A DNA stretch of 64,000 nt, from assembly GCA_965235115.1 (NCBI GenBank), contig OZ249436.1, forward strand, positions 43,898,001-43,962,000, in the 5' to 3' direction. The notes under the pieces are model-generated. The model worked only from the letters and a program-made list of their open reading frames with translations, was not told where the DNA came from and did no database searches. The stretch comes from Laetmonice hystrix. Lineage: Eukaryota. This document shows positions 53,801 to 64,000 of this stretch, piece by piece. The translations under genes were made by a program, and so were the position numbers. Numbering within the stretch: the stretch's first letter is position 1; each line of letters starts with the position of its first letter.

Positions 53801-56800
53801 ATCATTCAATTTTAGATAACATCGTGGACACACCAGGAACTAAACGACTGAAAAGATACACCGGCACAACCGTATCGCGATACATGCCAAACGATCATGC
53901 TAATATATTATCCCATTAAAGTAGCACTGCCCGATTCAGAAAATAGGTCAGTAAAAATTGGAACAGAGGGAGACAGTAGGTTGACCAACTGTCTGACAAA
54001 CCTTTCACACATAAACCGTTTGTGGGATATATCAGTGCATAATACCTATCTAAAGGCCAGATTTGGGGGTTTACGCCTTGCCTTCGGGAAGGAACTGACT
54101 GACAAACCTTTCACACATAAACCGTTTGTGGGATATATCAGTGCATAATATCTATCTAAAGGTCAGATTTGGGGGTTTACGCCTTGCCTTCGGGAAGGAA
54201 CTGACTGACAAACCTTTCACACATGCAGCCCTGGTTAGTCACTGACAACAAACGCCTTAAGGTTTTGATAACATGTGACAACCAACAATTCTCCCGACAA
54301 CTTGACTGACCATGATGCCCAATATTGGACACAAGGTTCTACAAGTAATGCGTGCAAGACCTCCCAACACAGGAATGCTAGGTCTAGTTCCAAGGACTCC
54401 TTAGTGTGTGGTGCATAACTTGAGCCGGAATTGATCGTATGGGAGTTCCGGGGAGCTTTATGCGATATATATGAAACCGCTGGATCCTCTCCAACAGAAC
54501 TCCACGTCGCAAATAATCTGCATTTTGCTGGCGGGCCACGATAATACAAGTCTCATCAGGATGCCCTAGAGACTAATGAATTAGACTCTACTTTTGTTGT
54601 TATGTAAAGTGTTGTTTAAATGCCGCCAGTCTTGTTGCTGATTATATACATTCCCTGCCCCCATGGTGTGAGCGACTCCTCTCTGTTCCTGAGCATAAAT
54701 TCGGCCTGGCAACTTCGCGTTGTGGCCAAATGTGACATTATCCTCGGATTCGCGTGGTCTGGCTGTGACGTCACGCCCCAGCACGTGATCATGTTGAGCC
54801 AACCGTGACCGTTCACAAACAGAGTATGTCAGAAGGTCACAGAAACTCTTTGTGTAGCTAGATTTATGCAAGAACCAGTTCAACACAAGCAAAACCGCGA
54901 CTGGTTCATTTATGTGTTTTCCGACTCATTCGACCCGCCCAAGGCTTGGCGAGAGCACATGTTTGTGTTTCGCATGGAACTTCCTTTAATTCTTGGCCTC
55001 TGAATCAGCTCAAAGTACTCGCTGACTCCGCCTCTGTTCATTTCCAGGTACCTCTCCCAGGACTTTCATGATGTGTTTACTCTGCTACTGACATGAGGGA
55101 GCTTACCTTGCAGTGGGATCTCTCTGTAGAAAATGGACAGCCTCAAAAGTTTATTTGCGAACTGCTCAATATCCGTAACAAAGTAGTCGGGTTCCACTAC
55201 TCTCTCTTTAATAATTGCGAGAATACTAGGCACACTGTCAAAAAAATAATGAAAAGAATTTGTAATAAGACAAGCAAATAAAGTGAAATACGGAAAGCTC
55301 AATAAAGTCAAAGGGAATGAACAACTTTAAGTTTCCAAAGGACCAATAGAAACCAAGATATGTTTTGAGTAGTACTCAGAGTAACAGACGCACCCATTGG
55401 CCAGGTCGGATCGACCACCCATGCCCATATTGGCGATGAAGTGATAGAAAAGTTTGAGGAAGACGCGCGCGTCAAAGACACGGTCCCCGGATGCGATGTC
55501 CATGACGGTACCGATCCCGTCAATAATTCCGATGACGTCATCAATCGACCGGTCCCACCAATCACCGTACAGCATGTATGACGGTAGGATATTGGAGAGC
55601 TAAAACCATGAATATTCACTGTCGTTATATCTTCCTGCCAGTGTCGCGGCAGTAATAAGCAGGTCTGTAGACATGACGAGGAAACGCCTTCACACAATAT
55701 CCACTGATTATTATAATTGTTGACTTACCGTCGTAGCGAAGACTTTGTTGAGGTCGAGTTGTCTGATGATAGTGGTGAGATCATCCCGACCTGATCCACA
55801 CAATGTACCTGCCACATCTTCTACATTGATCCCAGGTACTTCAGGAATCTTGAAAACACTTGTTAGCGTCGTGCCAGTGCATATAGTAGCCACAATGTCT
55901 GTGTTGTCCCCGGTTACAAGGTTAAAAAGCTGGAAATTGTAGCAAGGATGCCATGAAAATATATTCTTTTTCAGATATTACTGGAAGCACGGATGCCAGT
56001 CTTGTGTAACACTAACAGTGGCGTATCCAGGGGGGGGGGGGTGGGGGCGCCAGGTCATGGTATTCGGATGGCACAGAAATTTTTTAAAAAAATAGGCTTG
56101 ATCTCCTGCAATAGAGTGCATTCGGAGGCATACATCAACTCTCAACATGCTCAAGAATCAAGAGTTTTAAAATAAGTATCAGTAGTTTTTACGTTAAGTG
56201 AAATTTTATTAACTTATGTGACCAAAATAGGAGGCGCGCCACCTGCGCCCCCCCTGGATCCGCCACTGCACTAAGTAGACACTATAACTAGACTAGACAC
56301 TGCCGTTAGGATGAGAACTTGTAACTGAGGTTACGTAGTCATTATTTCAAGTAATAAAGGTGAGAGAAGATACAGATTGTCTACCGTACCTTATTTATGT
56401 CAACAGAAGAACTGGCAAAAGCATCTAGAATTTTGTCCAGAATGACAGGGTTGGTAGCCGCTACCTGGAGCAATGCTAATGGGTTCTGCACCACTGCCTT
56501 GATCTCTATGAAGTCTGTAAATAACAAGTAGTAATACATCAGCTCAAATTAAACAGATTGACCCATATACTGTTTGAAAATATGAACAAAACCAACGCAT
56601 AATAATGGCTTGAAAATCATTGGATTGTCACATTGAACGCAATGGTGTATGATTGGAACGCAATGGTGTATGATTGGAACGCAATGGTGTATGATTGGAA
56701 CGCAATGGTGTATGATTGGAACGCAATGGTGTATGATTGGAACGCAATGGTGTATGATTGGAACGCAATGGTGTATGATTGGAACGCAATGGTGTATGAT

Positions 56801-59800
56801 TGGAACGCAATGGTGTATGATTGGAACGCAATGGTGTATGGTTGGAACGCAATAGTGTATGGTTGAAGTTACCGTTGCTGGCTGAGGCGACAATTTGACG
56901 TGTGAAAGAAACGCCTGACGCCAGACCCTTGAGTTCTGGCACCCGCCGAATAATGTTGGTGGCAATGTCCAAACCATCCACCACACTGAATCGAAATATA
57001 ATCAAGATAAAAAATAAACATTACATTTAACTTTGCTTCAATACAGGAAACCCTTAAAACCGAATGCTTATTACAAATATTTTAGATTTTTATATCCCTG
57101 TGCTTTAGAAATAGAAATCTAAGCAAATAATTATATTGTAATAATAACGTAATTATATTGTCATAATAACGTAATTATATTATAATAATAACGTCATTAT
57201 ATTATAATAATAACGTCATTATATTGTAATAATAATAACGTAATCTTCACACATACTCGAATTCGGCCGAGTCGTCTATTTCAAACGGTTTTGAGAACGC
57301 ATCGTGAAGTACTTGTCCAAGGTTGGACGTTTTCTCTTTGAAATCCTTGATCACAGCAGCCATTCTCTGACCCAGGGAAATACTGGCACGAACAGTTTTC
57401 ACCATGTCCACTCCTATCCTCACCCAGTCCAAGAAGTTCAGGGTGCTTCTCTGGGCATCGTCAGCCTATAATATAAGAGTACATAATGCCAAAATGCATC
57501 TCTGCAATATCATTATGAAAAATGTTGTCAGTGACTAACCAATGATGTTTTAATCTAGCGAATCTTTCTTACTGACGACCAATTGAGCATCACAAAATCA
57601 TTTACATGTTTTTTCATCACTATCTAATCTACGGCGAGTCGCACGACTGGCTGGCGACTGCGTGTGGACCCCACCTCCGTGTCGAGTGTCTCCTGGCCGT
57701 GCCCCTTTATTTTGACTCGAGGAAGTTCTTTAACCCGAACACAGCTCCGACTTACCCTGCGTAACATGGTAGGGTAATTAAACTTACCCTGCGTAACATG
57801 GTAGGGTAATTAAAGAGTATTTGTATCCTGTCATCGATGACGTCACGATCTAAGGCACAGATTCTGTTGACGATGTCGAGTGCCTGTGGGCTGGGACTCC
57901 TCAGTACTCGCGACAGACGCGGAGTTGTACACGTCAGATCCGTAAAGTCATTGCCGAGCGTCACTTGCATAGCAATTTCACGCAACTAAGAAGAAAATAA
58001 ACAAAGAATGCATTAACATTTACGAGGCTCTCAAACTCAGTTTGGTAGTGGATTCACTTGATTTATGATGATATTTCTCGTCCCATAACATCATGCTACA
58101 TAAAGTAGATATATTTCTATGTTTTTGAAATACTCTAAGACTATTAAAGCGAATATAACCGCTTTAAATACGATCAAATCCACATAGAGTTGTCTTAGCC
58201 TGATGAGAGATGTGAGAAACTTAAGTGGTTATTAGGAAAAGGTTGTAACTGAACACGTGACGTCACAATCTGACGTGTGACGTCACAGTCTGACGTCACA
58301 AACTGACCTGGAAGCTGTCGACCCTCGAAGTAAACAGAGGTTCCGGACTCACTCCCAACAGCTGCTCGAGACTGGTGGCGGCCAGGAACTCGCTGTCCAA
58401 CAGGTTACCGAAGAAAACTGCCAATTCAGATATCAAATATCATGAGCGTTTTGTGTCAAGTAATCAGATTTTTTGTGTCAAGTAATCCGATTTAATCAGA
58501 TCAAATATCATGAGCGTTTTGTGTCAAGTAATCAGATTTTTTGTGTCAAGTAATCCGATTTAATCAGATCAAATATCATGAGCTTTTTGTGTCAAGTAAT
58601 CAGATTAGAGGATAAACCTGGATGGGAAAGAGATCAGTAGATTCGCCTGGGATTGTAATGATAAACTATCCTCTCTTCCTTCAGTAAAACCTTTACAACT
58701 TACATTCCTTGTCTTTCGTGTTCTCTCGGATGAAGTTTGATATACTCTCTATGCCCTCGGTGATGTCAGCGATGTCCTCTCCCAACTGTCCGTCTCCGAG
58801 TACGTTACCAATCAGTGGGCCTACGTGTTTCATGATGTTCGACACCCTACAAGGGGGTTGCAGACGTATAAATATTTTCCAAAAGATAACAACAAGCACT
58901 CCAACACAAGGTCTGGGGTGAAGCCTAACGGCGCAAGACCATTATAAACATTTAAGATTGCACGTGATATAAATGACACCTATGTGGTCAGTTCTCACGA
59001 GTTGTTGTCAAAACGGCTGTCGGACTTTGATGCATCAGGGCTCAGTTTGTAGCTGTTCAGCATGCAGAATGATTTAATAAAATTTTTGGTAAAATGACAC
59101 AAAATGAGTGCGTATCTTCGCTTTTTTTCGACAAAGGACTACGATGGCAATATATACAGTAGTATAACAATGCATACATGGATGAAAAAGGGAATAACCT
59201 CAGCTGCCACCTAAGTGCTAAATTGAGTAGTTTGAAGGTATATGCTGAATGGGAAGAAGTGACATGATGTCATGTCTGCAAAATTGACAGTTCAAAAATT
59301 GAATTGAATTTTATTTTGCAGATTTTGGGGGAGAATACATAAAAGATGCTCAGAAAACATGTTTAAACTATAGAACATCATGTGCGAATAATACCATGTC
59401 ACTAAGCTTTTTTCCAAGGCCCTTTCCATGCCCAATTGACGACGATTCGTGAGAACTGACCTGATAAACCTCATTCTATGGAAGATCGTATCTAACAGGG
59501 GAAGGTGGAAGCATTTGGCTTCCTATAATAAAGAAAAAATGCTAACAAAATGTCAGAAAATGCCTCGCAGGTCTGTCGTTTCAACTCTGGAAAGCTATAG
59601 CTAGACAATACTTGACAATATGTTTTACGAATGACATCACATACGTGTTCCGATCATTCCCTCGCTGGAGCAGGCCTTGGATGTTGTCAAGGATCTCTGG
59701 TAGCCTCCTCAGTGGCGGGATACCCTCAAACACTGGCTCTAGGGTCTGCATATCTCTCAAACCTACTGTCACCAACCTCAGATCCGAGAACAGGTTGTCC

Positions 59801-61747
59801 TGGGTATACGCAGACGCCTTTTCTAGCGTGCTTGTAACCTGGACAAAAGTGGTAATTGATTTTTACAAAATAACCATCTTTGTTTCGGTGGTCAATGCCA
59901 TTTAATGATAACATCTTTGTCTCAGTCGTCAATGCCTTTTTATAATAGTATCTTTATTTCAATGATCTAATTGGTCAGTGCGTTTTCGAAACATCATCTT
60001 TTCCATAGTTCATACCTTCAATGGTAGGTAGAGCTAGAGATAGAGAGATATAGAGATAGAGATAGAGACAGATAGAGCGAGACAGAGAGACTTACACAAA
60101 ATGAGACAAGCTAACCAATAACTCACATATTGGATGATTCCTGAGGCGTTAATGTTTTGTGTCAATTCGTCGGTGAATGCTGGCACCATGGTGTGGTTTA
60201 ACGAACAAAGTTCCTGTGATATCGGCTTGACCTGAGTAGCGTATTGGGGAGGCAGTTTCAAGAGCTGACCAAGTCTATTGGCATCACAGACAAACCCCTT
60301 CAAATCAAACAGTTCCTTCAACTCCGGAATCTGAAAGAAATAGCGACAGCATTGATAAACTTAAGGACTAGTAATAAAACTAGCAGCGTCACACTGCCTA
60401 TAGTGCTATGAAATTTGAGTAAAGTGCAGTACAAGGTTATATTAGTATAACATATTCCTCTTAAAAACTCACCAGACCATCGCCTCCAAACCTAATGCTG
60501 GAATTGACGAACCTCTCGGCCAGGTCTGGCGGTACGATTTTGTTGTCGATCAGATATTGAGTGACAGAGTCCGGGTCCTTGGACAGCTGACCCAAGGACA
60601 CTCCGCGCTCTGACAACGATAAAAGGCAGACCCCTTTAACTAAGGACGGGGTAATTTAAAGAAAATATCACCGTCTTATGATGGTTTGTTGGCGGGGCCT
60701 GAGAAGGAGATTGCATAGAAATGTGCCTTTATTTGTCCGTTACGCCTCAGTAACAATGAGGGTAATACGGAGGCAGTCAGTTAAACTAGTGGGGGAAACT
60801 GGGGTACTCGGTGGAAACAACGACATGTAGAAAATATCGCACTTTACTTCATAAGACACATAACCATACTCACCGCCCTGGAGGTAGTTGCTAATGCCTG
60901 GGTATTGAAACGACACCTTGACTTGATCTATAAGTTTGAGGATTTTTGGCAGAACCGGAAGTACTTTGTCAGCTTCGCCCGCCGTATCCGTTAGCGAGAA
61001 ACTGGGTATTGGATTTATTTTGCTGCCCGAACTTTGGCCTTGGGCACTGGATACATGAAACCAAACAATACCATTAGACAAAACTGGATACATGAAACCA
61101 AACAATACCATCAGACAAAACTGGATACATGAAACCAAACAATACCATTAGACAAAACTGGATACATGAAACCAAACAATACCATCAGACAAAACTGGAT
61201 ACATGAAACCAAACAATACCATTAGACAAAACTGGATACATGAAACCAAACAATACCATCAGACAAAACTGGATACATGAAACCAAACAATACCATCAGA
61301 CAAAACTGGATACAGCTGTACATGAAACCAAACAATACCATCAGACAAAAAGGCGATGCTATGTTCATAGTTATGATAACTTGCGTTTAGAAACGGCCCC
61401 TCCCCTCCCCCTCTTCCTCCTCCGCCTCCCCCTCCCTCCCCCTCCCTCCCCCTCCCCTCCCTCTTCCCCCTCCTCCCCTCCCCCTCCTCCTCCCCTCCTC
61501 CTCCTCCCCCTCTTCCTCCTCCTCCTCCCCCCTTCTCCGCCTTCCCCTCCCCCTCCTTCTCTTCCTCAGTTTGTGGAGTAAATGAATTTTTTAGATTACC
61601 TGTGCGCGACTGTGGAGGAAGCATTGCTGTCCTTCCATGGTTTGACTAAAGGCTCCTCCTTCAAACACCTGTTGTTGATACCACAGATGTGGGTTTGGAG
61701 GAAATCGACCGGCCCGGCGCTGGGCATGGCTCGTGGATTGTAGTAAC
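20888..61747 (-). CDS. ABC transporter subfamily A, full transporter with very large ECD1; 5'-incomplete
   Basis: Phase-consistent GT-AG exons: 61747-61600, 61046-60874, 60609-60473, 60330-60127, 59838-59645, 58846-58704, 58417-58308, 57985-57788, 57465-57257, 56985-56873, 56514-56390, 55929-55729, 55599-55394, 55234-55107, 53775-53657, 53238-53038, 52618-52429, 51473-51306, 51024-50882, 49684-49544, 49274-49025, 48838-48703, 48026-47850, 47295-47181, 46820-46630, 46407-46263, 45862-45664, 45402-45277, 42473-42302, 41218-41087, 40464-40381, 40155-39959, 39671-39595, 39476-39381, 38868-38844, 38674-38466, 38283-37926, 35740-35467, 34942-34685, 34414-34221, 33790-33730, 33595-33418, 33253-33138, 32641-32488, 32204-31951, 26279-26165, 25258-25190, 24913-24807, 24608-24467, 24218-24084, 23798-23695, 23118-23026, 22785-22680, 21815-21678, 21391-20888. 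ABCA motifs: [105 protein letters not shown]. Specific orthologue (ABCA1/2/4/12/13-like) not assignable by eye. Confidence 0.93.
21585..21689 (-). repeat. 37-bp repeat x3 containing an ABCA splice donor
   Basis: Minus-strand ACACTCGACCAG|GTAAAC recurs; GT at 21677, 21640, 21603. Confidence 0.9.
22056..22691 (-). repeat. 32-bp minisatellite, about 20 copies, each containing an ABCA splice donor
   Basis: Minus-strand unit AACCCGACTCAAG|GTGAGACCAATGTCATAAT; first 13 nt equal the end of exon 22785-22680. Confidence 0.95.
23559..23711 (-). repeat. 51-bp repeat x3 containing an ABCA splice donor
   Basis: Minus-strand ATCCTCACCTCTCACAG|GTAGGTC recurs; GT at 23694, 23643, 23592. Confidence 0.9.
24628..24770. 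repeat. 70-bp tandem duplication filling most of a small intron
   Basis: ATTATAGAGGAGTGAGTG...GGCCTGACCT occurs twice. Confidence 0.9.
25483..26041. mobile_element. Non-autonomous DNA transposon with about 30-bp TIRs
   Basis: ACGTGATTCACTTGCTTTGCGATGGCTTCCG ... CGGAAGCATCGCAACGCAAGTGGATCACGT; interior rich in CGTAAG/CTTACG/CGGAA motifs. Confidence 0.75.
26276..26375 (-). repeat. 33-bp repeat x3 containing an ABCA splice acceptor
   Basis: Minus-strand GGGTGTGTTGTTTGTTACAG recurs three times; the last precedes exon 26279-26165. Confidence 0.9.
26431..27780. mobile_element. Interspersed composite repeat, copy 2
   Basis: Colinear with 3588-4790, with about 250 bp extra at about 27303-27553. 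hAT-like terminus TAGGGCAGAAACGATAC on the minus strand at 27705. Confidence 0.8.
28838..29968 (-). CDS. Intronless 376-aa protein with C-terminal SOCS box, nested in ABCA intron 31950-26280
   Basis: Long non-repetitive ORF; C-terminus [13 protein letters not shown]...[14 protein letters not shown] matches the SOCS box (BC-box plus LPLP Cul5-box); ankyrin-like LLRHGA; in-frame TAG 9 nt upstream of ATG; minus-strand AATAAA at 28775-28780. Confidence 0.82.
   Translation of the reverse strand: MSSSSLNLTYKWLCGLRRDRFWRSFSFFDAWNHCNSRFRWNRSTRKVQQRLCKKLTKAASKAQDSFDFELLVYDVVHSVGLIIFEASFGDIIEYLTDDEIQQYVKKAAHASFCCHYSLLHLMDILVARGYDNTLGVRNVLYLIFAVTGCIPYQLFYIRDPDRQWIARRDSQKFVLRHVSGWLVADDNVFFQDRRNGPPDVFLKQRPFLSLQSAHDQQQSVPGLLSEAIYTYRDEHFVLNLLRHGAYPCALYLWYSTFTIEFNLDTPDVEETFELKIVRFFRRACRQLYVKPLQRNRSTDELLYEEISPDMLPMTLIWPEVGLWLLWDEGRNTPSSLKHLARHAIRDVLFQHQVAPDGIYSLPLPTVLMEYVDLLRD
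30256..30400. repeat. 145-bp palindrome with 46-bp perfect arms
   Basis: 30256-30301 is the reverse complement of 30355-30400; the GC-rich centre is also self-complementary. Confidence 0.92.
31077..31934 (+). mobile_element. Internally deleted Tc1/mariner-superfamily element
   Basis: About 195-bp imperfect TIRs starting TATCGGGTGGATAAAAAAAA, TA context; interior about 31589-31696 translates [34 protein letters not shown], resembling a Tc1-type transposase C-terminus. Confidence 0.8.
32644..32910. repeat. Degenerate 35-40-bp repeat abutting an ABCA acceptor
   Basis: ACAACACACAACA..GGAAACATTGAATACAAAA units start right at the acceptor of exon 32641-32488. Confidence 0.85.
35775..37707. repeat. 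54-bp minisatellite (about 25 contiguous copies plus a disrupted tail)
   Basis: Unit TACGTTAACGATTCTGGACAAAAACTGCCGGAACTATTCTTTTCGTAATGTGTA; fills most of intron 37925-35741. Confidence 0.96.
41171..42048 (-). repeat. About 80-bp minisatellite x11, each with splice acceptor plus about 48 nt of coding exon
   Basis: Minus-strand unit GATTTACAAGAGGACCGT(n)GTTCAG|ACACATGTTGACAGGTCTGACTCAGACCTCGGGAGGCACTGCTTACAT ([15 protein letters not shown]). Confidence 0.96.
46113..46292 (-). repeat. 65-bp repeat, about 3 copies, containing an ABCA donor and about 30 nt of exon
   Basis: CTCACTCAGCCAGAAAAACAAAATCCTAATG|GTAAGAAC recurs; GT at 46262, 46197, 46132. Confidence 0.9.
47300..47722. repeat. Degenerate about 30-bp repeat abutting an acceptor
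   Basis: GAATTTACCGCAAACAAACAAAACCCCGCG-type units. Confidence 0.8.
48050..48191. repeat. 30-bp repeat, about 4.5 copies, with GTGACGTCAC palindrome
   Basis: TTCTCTGACGCGAGTGACGTCACGACATCG units, starting about 25 nt from acceptor 48027. Confidence 0.9.
48248..48587. mobile_element. Kolobok-like MITE with TTAA TSD
   Basis: TTAA-AGGTGCTATTCGT ... ACGAATAGCACCT-TTAA. Confidence 0.82.
49697..50590. repeat. Two related minisatellites (about 43-46 bp grading into about 39 bp)
   Basis: GTAAAGTGGTTTACACATGGCTGTCATTCACAGCATGGCACTGCATT, then CATCTGTAAACTGGTTTACACATTGCTGCCAGTCAAAGCAC; shared core GTAAA.TGGTTTACAC. Confidence 0.92.
51470..52160 (-). repeat. About 44-bp minisatellite, about 15 copies, each containing an ABCA acceptor
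   Basis: Minus-strand GGTATTTGTTACAG|TG(C/T)T in each unit; the last copy opens exon 51473-51306. Confidence 0.93.
52608..52833 (-). repeat. About 76-bp repeat x3 containing an ABCA acceptor
   Basis: Minus-strand ACAACTGTTGTAG|GTGCTAGACCT recurs three times. Confidence 0.9.
53992..54224. repeat. About 106-bp tandem duplication
   Basis: CTGACAAACCTTTCACACATAAACCGTTTGTGG... occurs twice plus a partial third copy. Confidence 0.85.
56016..56268. mobile_element. MITE with 6-bp TSD
   Basis: CAGTGGCGTATCCAGGGGGG ... CCCCCTGGATCCGCCACTG flanked by CACTAA on both sides. Confidence 0.82.
56635..56866. repeat. 21-bp minisatellite x11 abutting a donor
   Basis: GAACGCAATGGTGTATGATTG; starts about 7 nt from the donor at 56872. 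Confidence 0.95.
57128..57244. repeat. 22-bp AT-rich repeat abutting a donor
   Basis: TAATTATATTGTAATAATAACG, about 5 copies. Confidence 0.85.
57750..57811 (-). repeat. 32-bp duplication of an ABCA donor
   Basis: TAATTACCCTACCATGTTACGCAGG|GTAAGT twice; GT at 57787 and 57755. Confidence 0.9.
58426..58606. repeat. About 70-bp repeat, about 2.5 copies, abutting an acceptor
   Basis: ATCAAATATCATGAGCGTTTTGTGTCAAGTAATCAGATT units. Confidence 0.85.
61047..61350 (-). repeat. 37-bp minisatellite, about 8 copies, containing an ABCA acceptor
   Basis: Minus-strand TTGTTTGGTTTCATGTATCCAG|T in each unit; the last opens exon 61046-60874. Confidence 0.93.
61397..61567. repeat. C/T-only low-complexity tract
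   Basis: About 170 nt of almost pure pyrimidine on the + strand (G-rich in the ABCA pre-mRNA). Confidence 0.9.
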
Positions 61748-61770
61748 CTGAAATAACAAACACACTTCTC

Positions 61771-63647
61771 AAGACCTAACCACGGTAAACAATAGAACTT
61801 AGCTCAAGACCTAACCACGGTAAACAATAGAACTGTTAGCCCATGACCTAACCACGGTAAACAATAGAACTGTTAGCCCAGGACCTAACCACGGTAAACA
61901 ATAGAACTTAGCTCAAGACCTAACCACGGTAAACAATAGAACTTAGCTCAAGACCTAACCACGGTAAACAATAGAACTGTTAGCCCATGACCTAACCACG
62001 GTAAACAATAGAACTGTTAGCCCAGGACCTAACCACGGTAAACAATAGAACTTAGCTCAAGACCTAACCACGGTAAACAATAGAACTGTTAGCCCATGAC
62101 CTAACCACGGTAAACAATAGAACTGTTAGCCCAGGACCTAACTATGGCAAACAATAGATCTGTTAGCCCAGGACCTAACTATGGTAAACAATAGAACTGT
62201 TAGCCCAGGACCTAACCACGGTAAACAATAGAACGTAGCTCAAGACCTAACCACGGTAAACAATAGAACTGTTAGCTCAGGACCTAACCACGGTAAACAA
62301 TAGAACTGTTAGCCCATGACCTAACCACGGTAAACAATAGAACTGTTAGCTCAGGACCTAACCACGGTAAACAATAGAACTGTTAGCTCCGCACCTAACC
62401 ACGGTAAACAATAGAACTGTTCTCTCCGGACCTAACCACGGTAAACAATAGAACTGTTAGCCCAGGACCTAACCACGGTAAACAATAGAACTGTTAGCCC
62501 AGGACCTAACCACGGTAAACAATAGAACTTAGCTCCGGACCTAACCACGGTAAACAATAGAACTGTTAGCCCAGGACCTAACCACGGTAAACAATAGAAC
62601 TGTTAGCTCAGGACCTAACCACGGTAAACAATAGAACTGTTAGCCCAGGACCTAACCACGGTAAACAATAGAACTGTTAGCTCAGGACCTAACCACGGTA
62701 AACAATAGAACTGTTAGCCCAGGACCTAACCACGGTAAACAATAGAACTGTTAGCTCAGGACCTAACCACGGTAAACAATAGAACTGTTAGCCCAGGACC
62801 TAACCACGGTAAACAATAGAACTCTTAGCCCAGGACCTAACCACGGTAAACAATAGAACTGTTAGCCCAGGACCTAACCACGGTAAACAATAGAACTGTT
62901 AGCTCAGGACCTAACCACGGTAAACAATAGAACTTAGCTCAAGACCTAACCACGGTAAACAATAGAACTGTTAGCCCAGGACCTAACCACGGTAAACAAT
63001 AGAACTGTTAGCCCAGGACCTAACCATGGTAAACAATAGAACTGTTAGCTCAGGACCTAACCACGGTAAACAATAGAACTGTTAGCTCCGGACCTAATCA
63101 CGGTAAACAATAGAACTTAGCTCAAGACCTAACCACGGTAAACAATAGAACTGTTAGCTCAGGACCTAACCATGGTAAACAATAGAACTGTTAGCCCATG
63201 ACCTAACCACGGTAAACAATAGAACTGTTAGCTCCGGACCTAACCACGGTAAACAATAGAACTGTTAGCCCATGACCTAACCACGGTAAACAATAGAACT
63301 ATTAGCTCAGGACCTAACCACGGTAAACAATAGAACTGTTAGCCCAGGACCTAACCATGGTAAACAATAGAACTTAGCCCAGGACCTAACCACGGTAAAC
63401 AATAGAACTGTTAGCCCAGGACCTAACTATGGTAAACAATAGAACTGTTAGCCCAGGACCTAACTATGGTAAACAATAGAACTGTTAGCCCAGGACCTAA
63501 CTATGGTAAACAATAGAACTGTTAGCCCAGGACCTAACCATGGTAAACAATAGAACTTAGCCCAGGACCTAACCACGGTAAACAATAGAACTGTTAGCCC
63601 AGGACCTAACTATGGTAAACAATAGAACTGTTAGCCCAGGACCTAAT
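61771..63647. repeat. 35/37-bp minisatellite, about 50 copies
   Basis: GACCTAACCACGGTAAACAATAGAACTGTTAGCCCAG; begins about 22 nt from the acceptor at 61748. Confidence 0.97.
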
Positions 63648-64000
63648 CAGTGGGTTGGCGATGGACTGAGTGAGAACCCTGCCACCGGAGGGGAATCCTC
63701 TATACTACTCAACAAAATGGCATATTTTTTATGCCCATTTGCAAAGACACGGCTGGACATACACAAGCCTTTCATTAGCAAGTCATGGAGCAGGGGACAG
63801 CCAACAAGAGGCTGGAAGGACTAAACCCCAACCTTCGCTCCATTCGTTGCCTCTGATGAACATAGAGTGGTGCTGGGGACCATTCTCTGTTTATCCCTGA
63901 TCACTTAGCTTTTTTGGATATCAAGAACAATAAAGTAATAAGCTAAGAAACGTTAAGTTTTAAAATCTTAATCGAAGACGAAACTAATTTATAGACTAGG

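Noticed and set aside
53915..54990. TTAA-flanked Kolobok-like element
   Set aside because: Putative termini are not convincingly inverted repeats.
55600..55664. Alternative ABCA acceptor at 55664
   Set aside because: In phase 0 it enters the wrong frame; the acceptor at 55599 gives the coherent translation.
61240..61624. Pro-rich and Gly/Glu-rich ORFs
   Set aside because: Artefacts of the C/T low-complexity tract and 37-bp repeat.

Overview
Eukaryotic (metazoan, probably invertebrate) genomic DNA; no bacterial operons, RNA genes or CRISPR arrays were recognised. I can trace by eye a complete 3-exon GOLPH3 gene (- strand) and, head-to-head with it, a complete 7-exon CFAP161-like gene (+ strand). 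The rest of the window is a very large ABCA-subfamily transporter gene (- strand, about 55 exons, about 2980 codons in the window, 5' end beyond the right edge). An intronless SOCS-box ORF is nested on the same strand in one ABCA intron. There are many MITE/DNA-transposon remnants and minisatellites. Most notable: (1) about 10 minisatellites in the ABCA gene are built from its own splice junctions, forming arrays of decoy donors/acceptors, and about 11 more abut a junction; (2) the first extracellular domain of the ABCA protein appears expanded by roughly four tandem copies of a 4-exon, Cys-pair module; (3) the nested SOCS-box ORF is phase-compatible with the upstream ABCA donor. Exon coordinates and copy numbers were read manually and need transcript confirmation.
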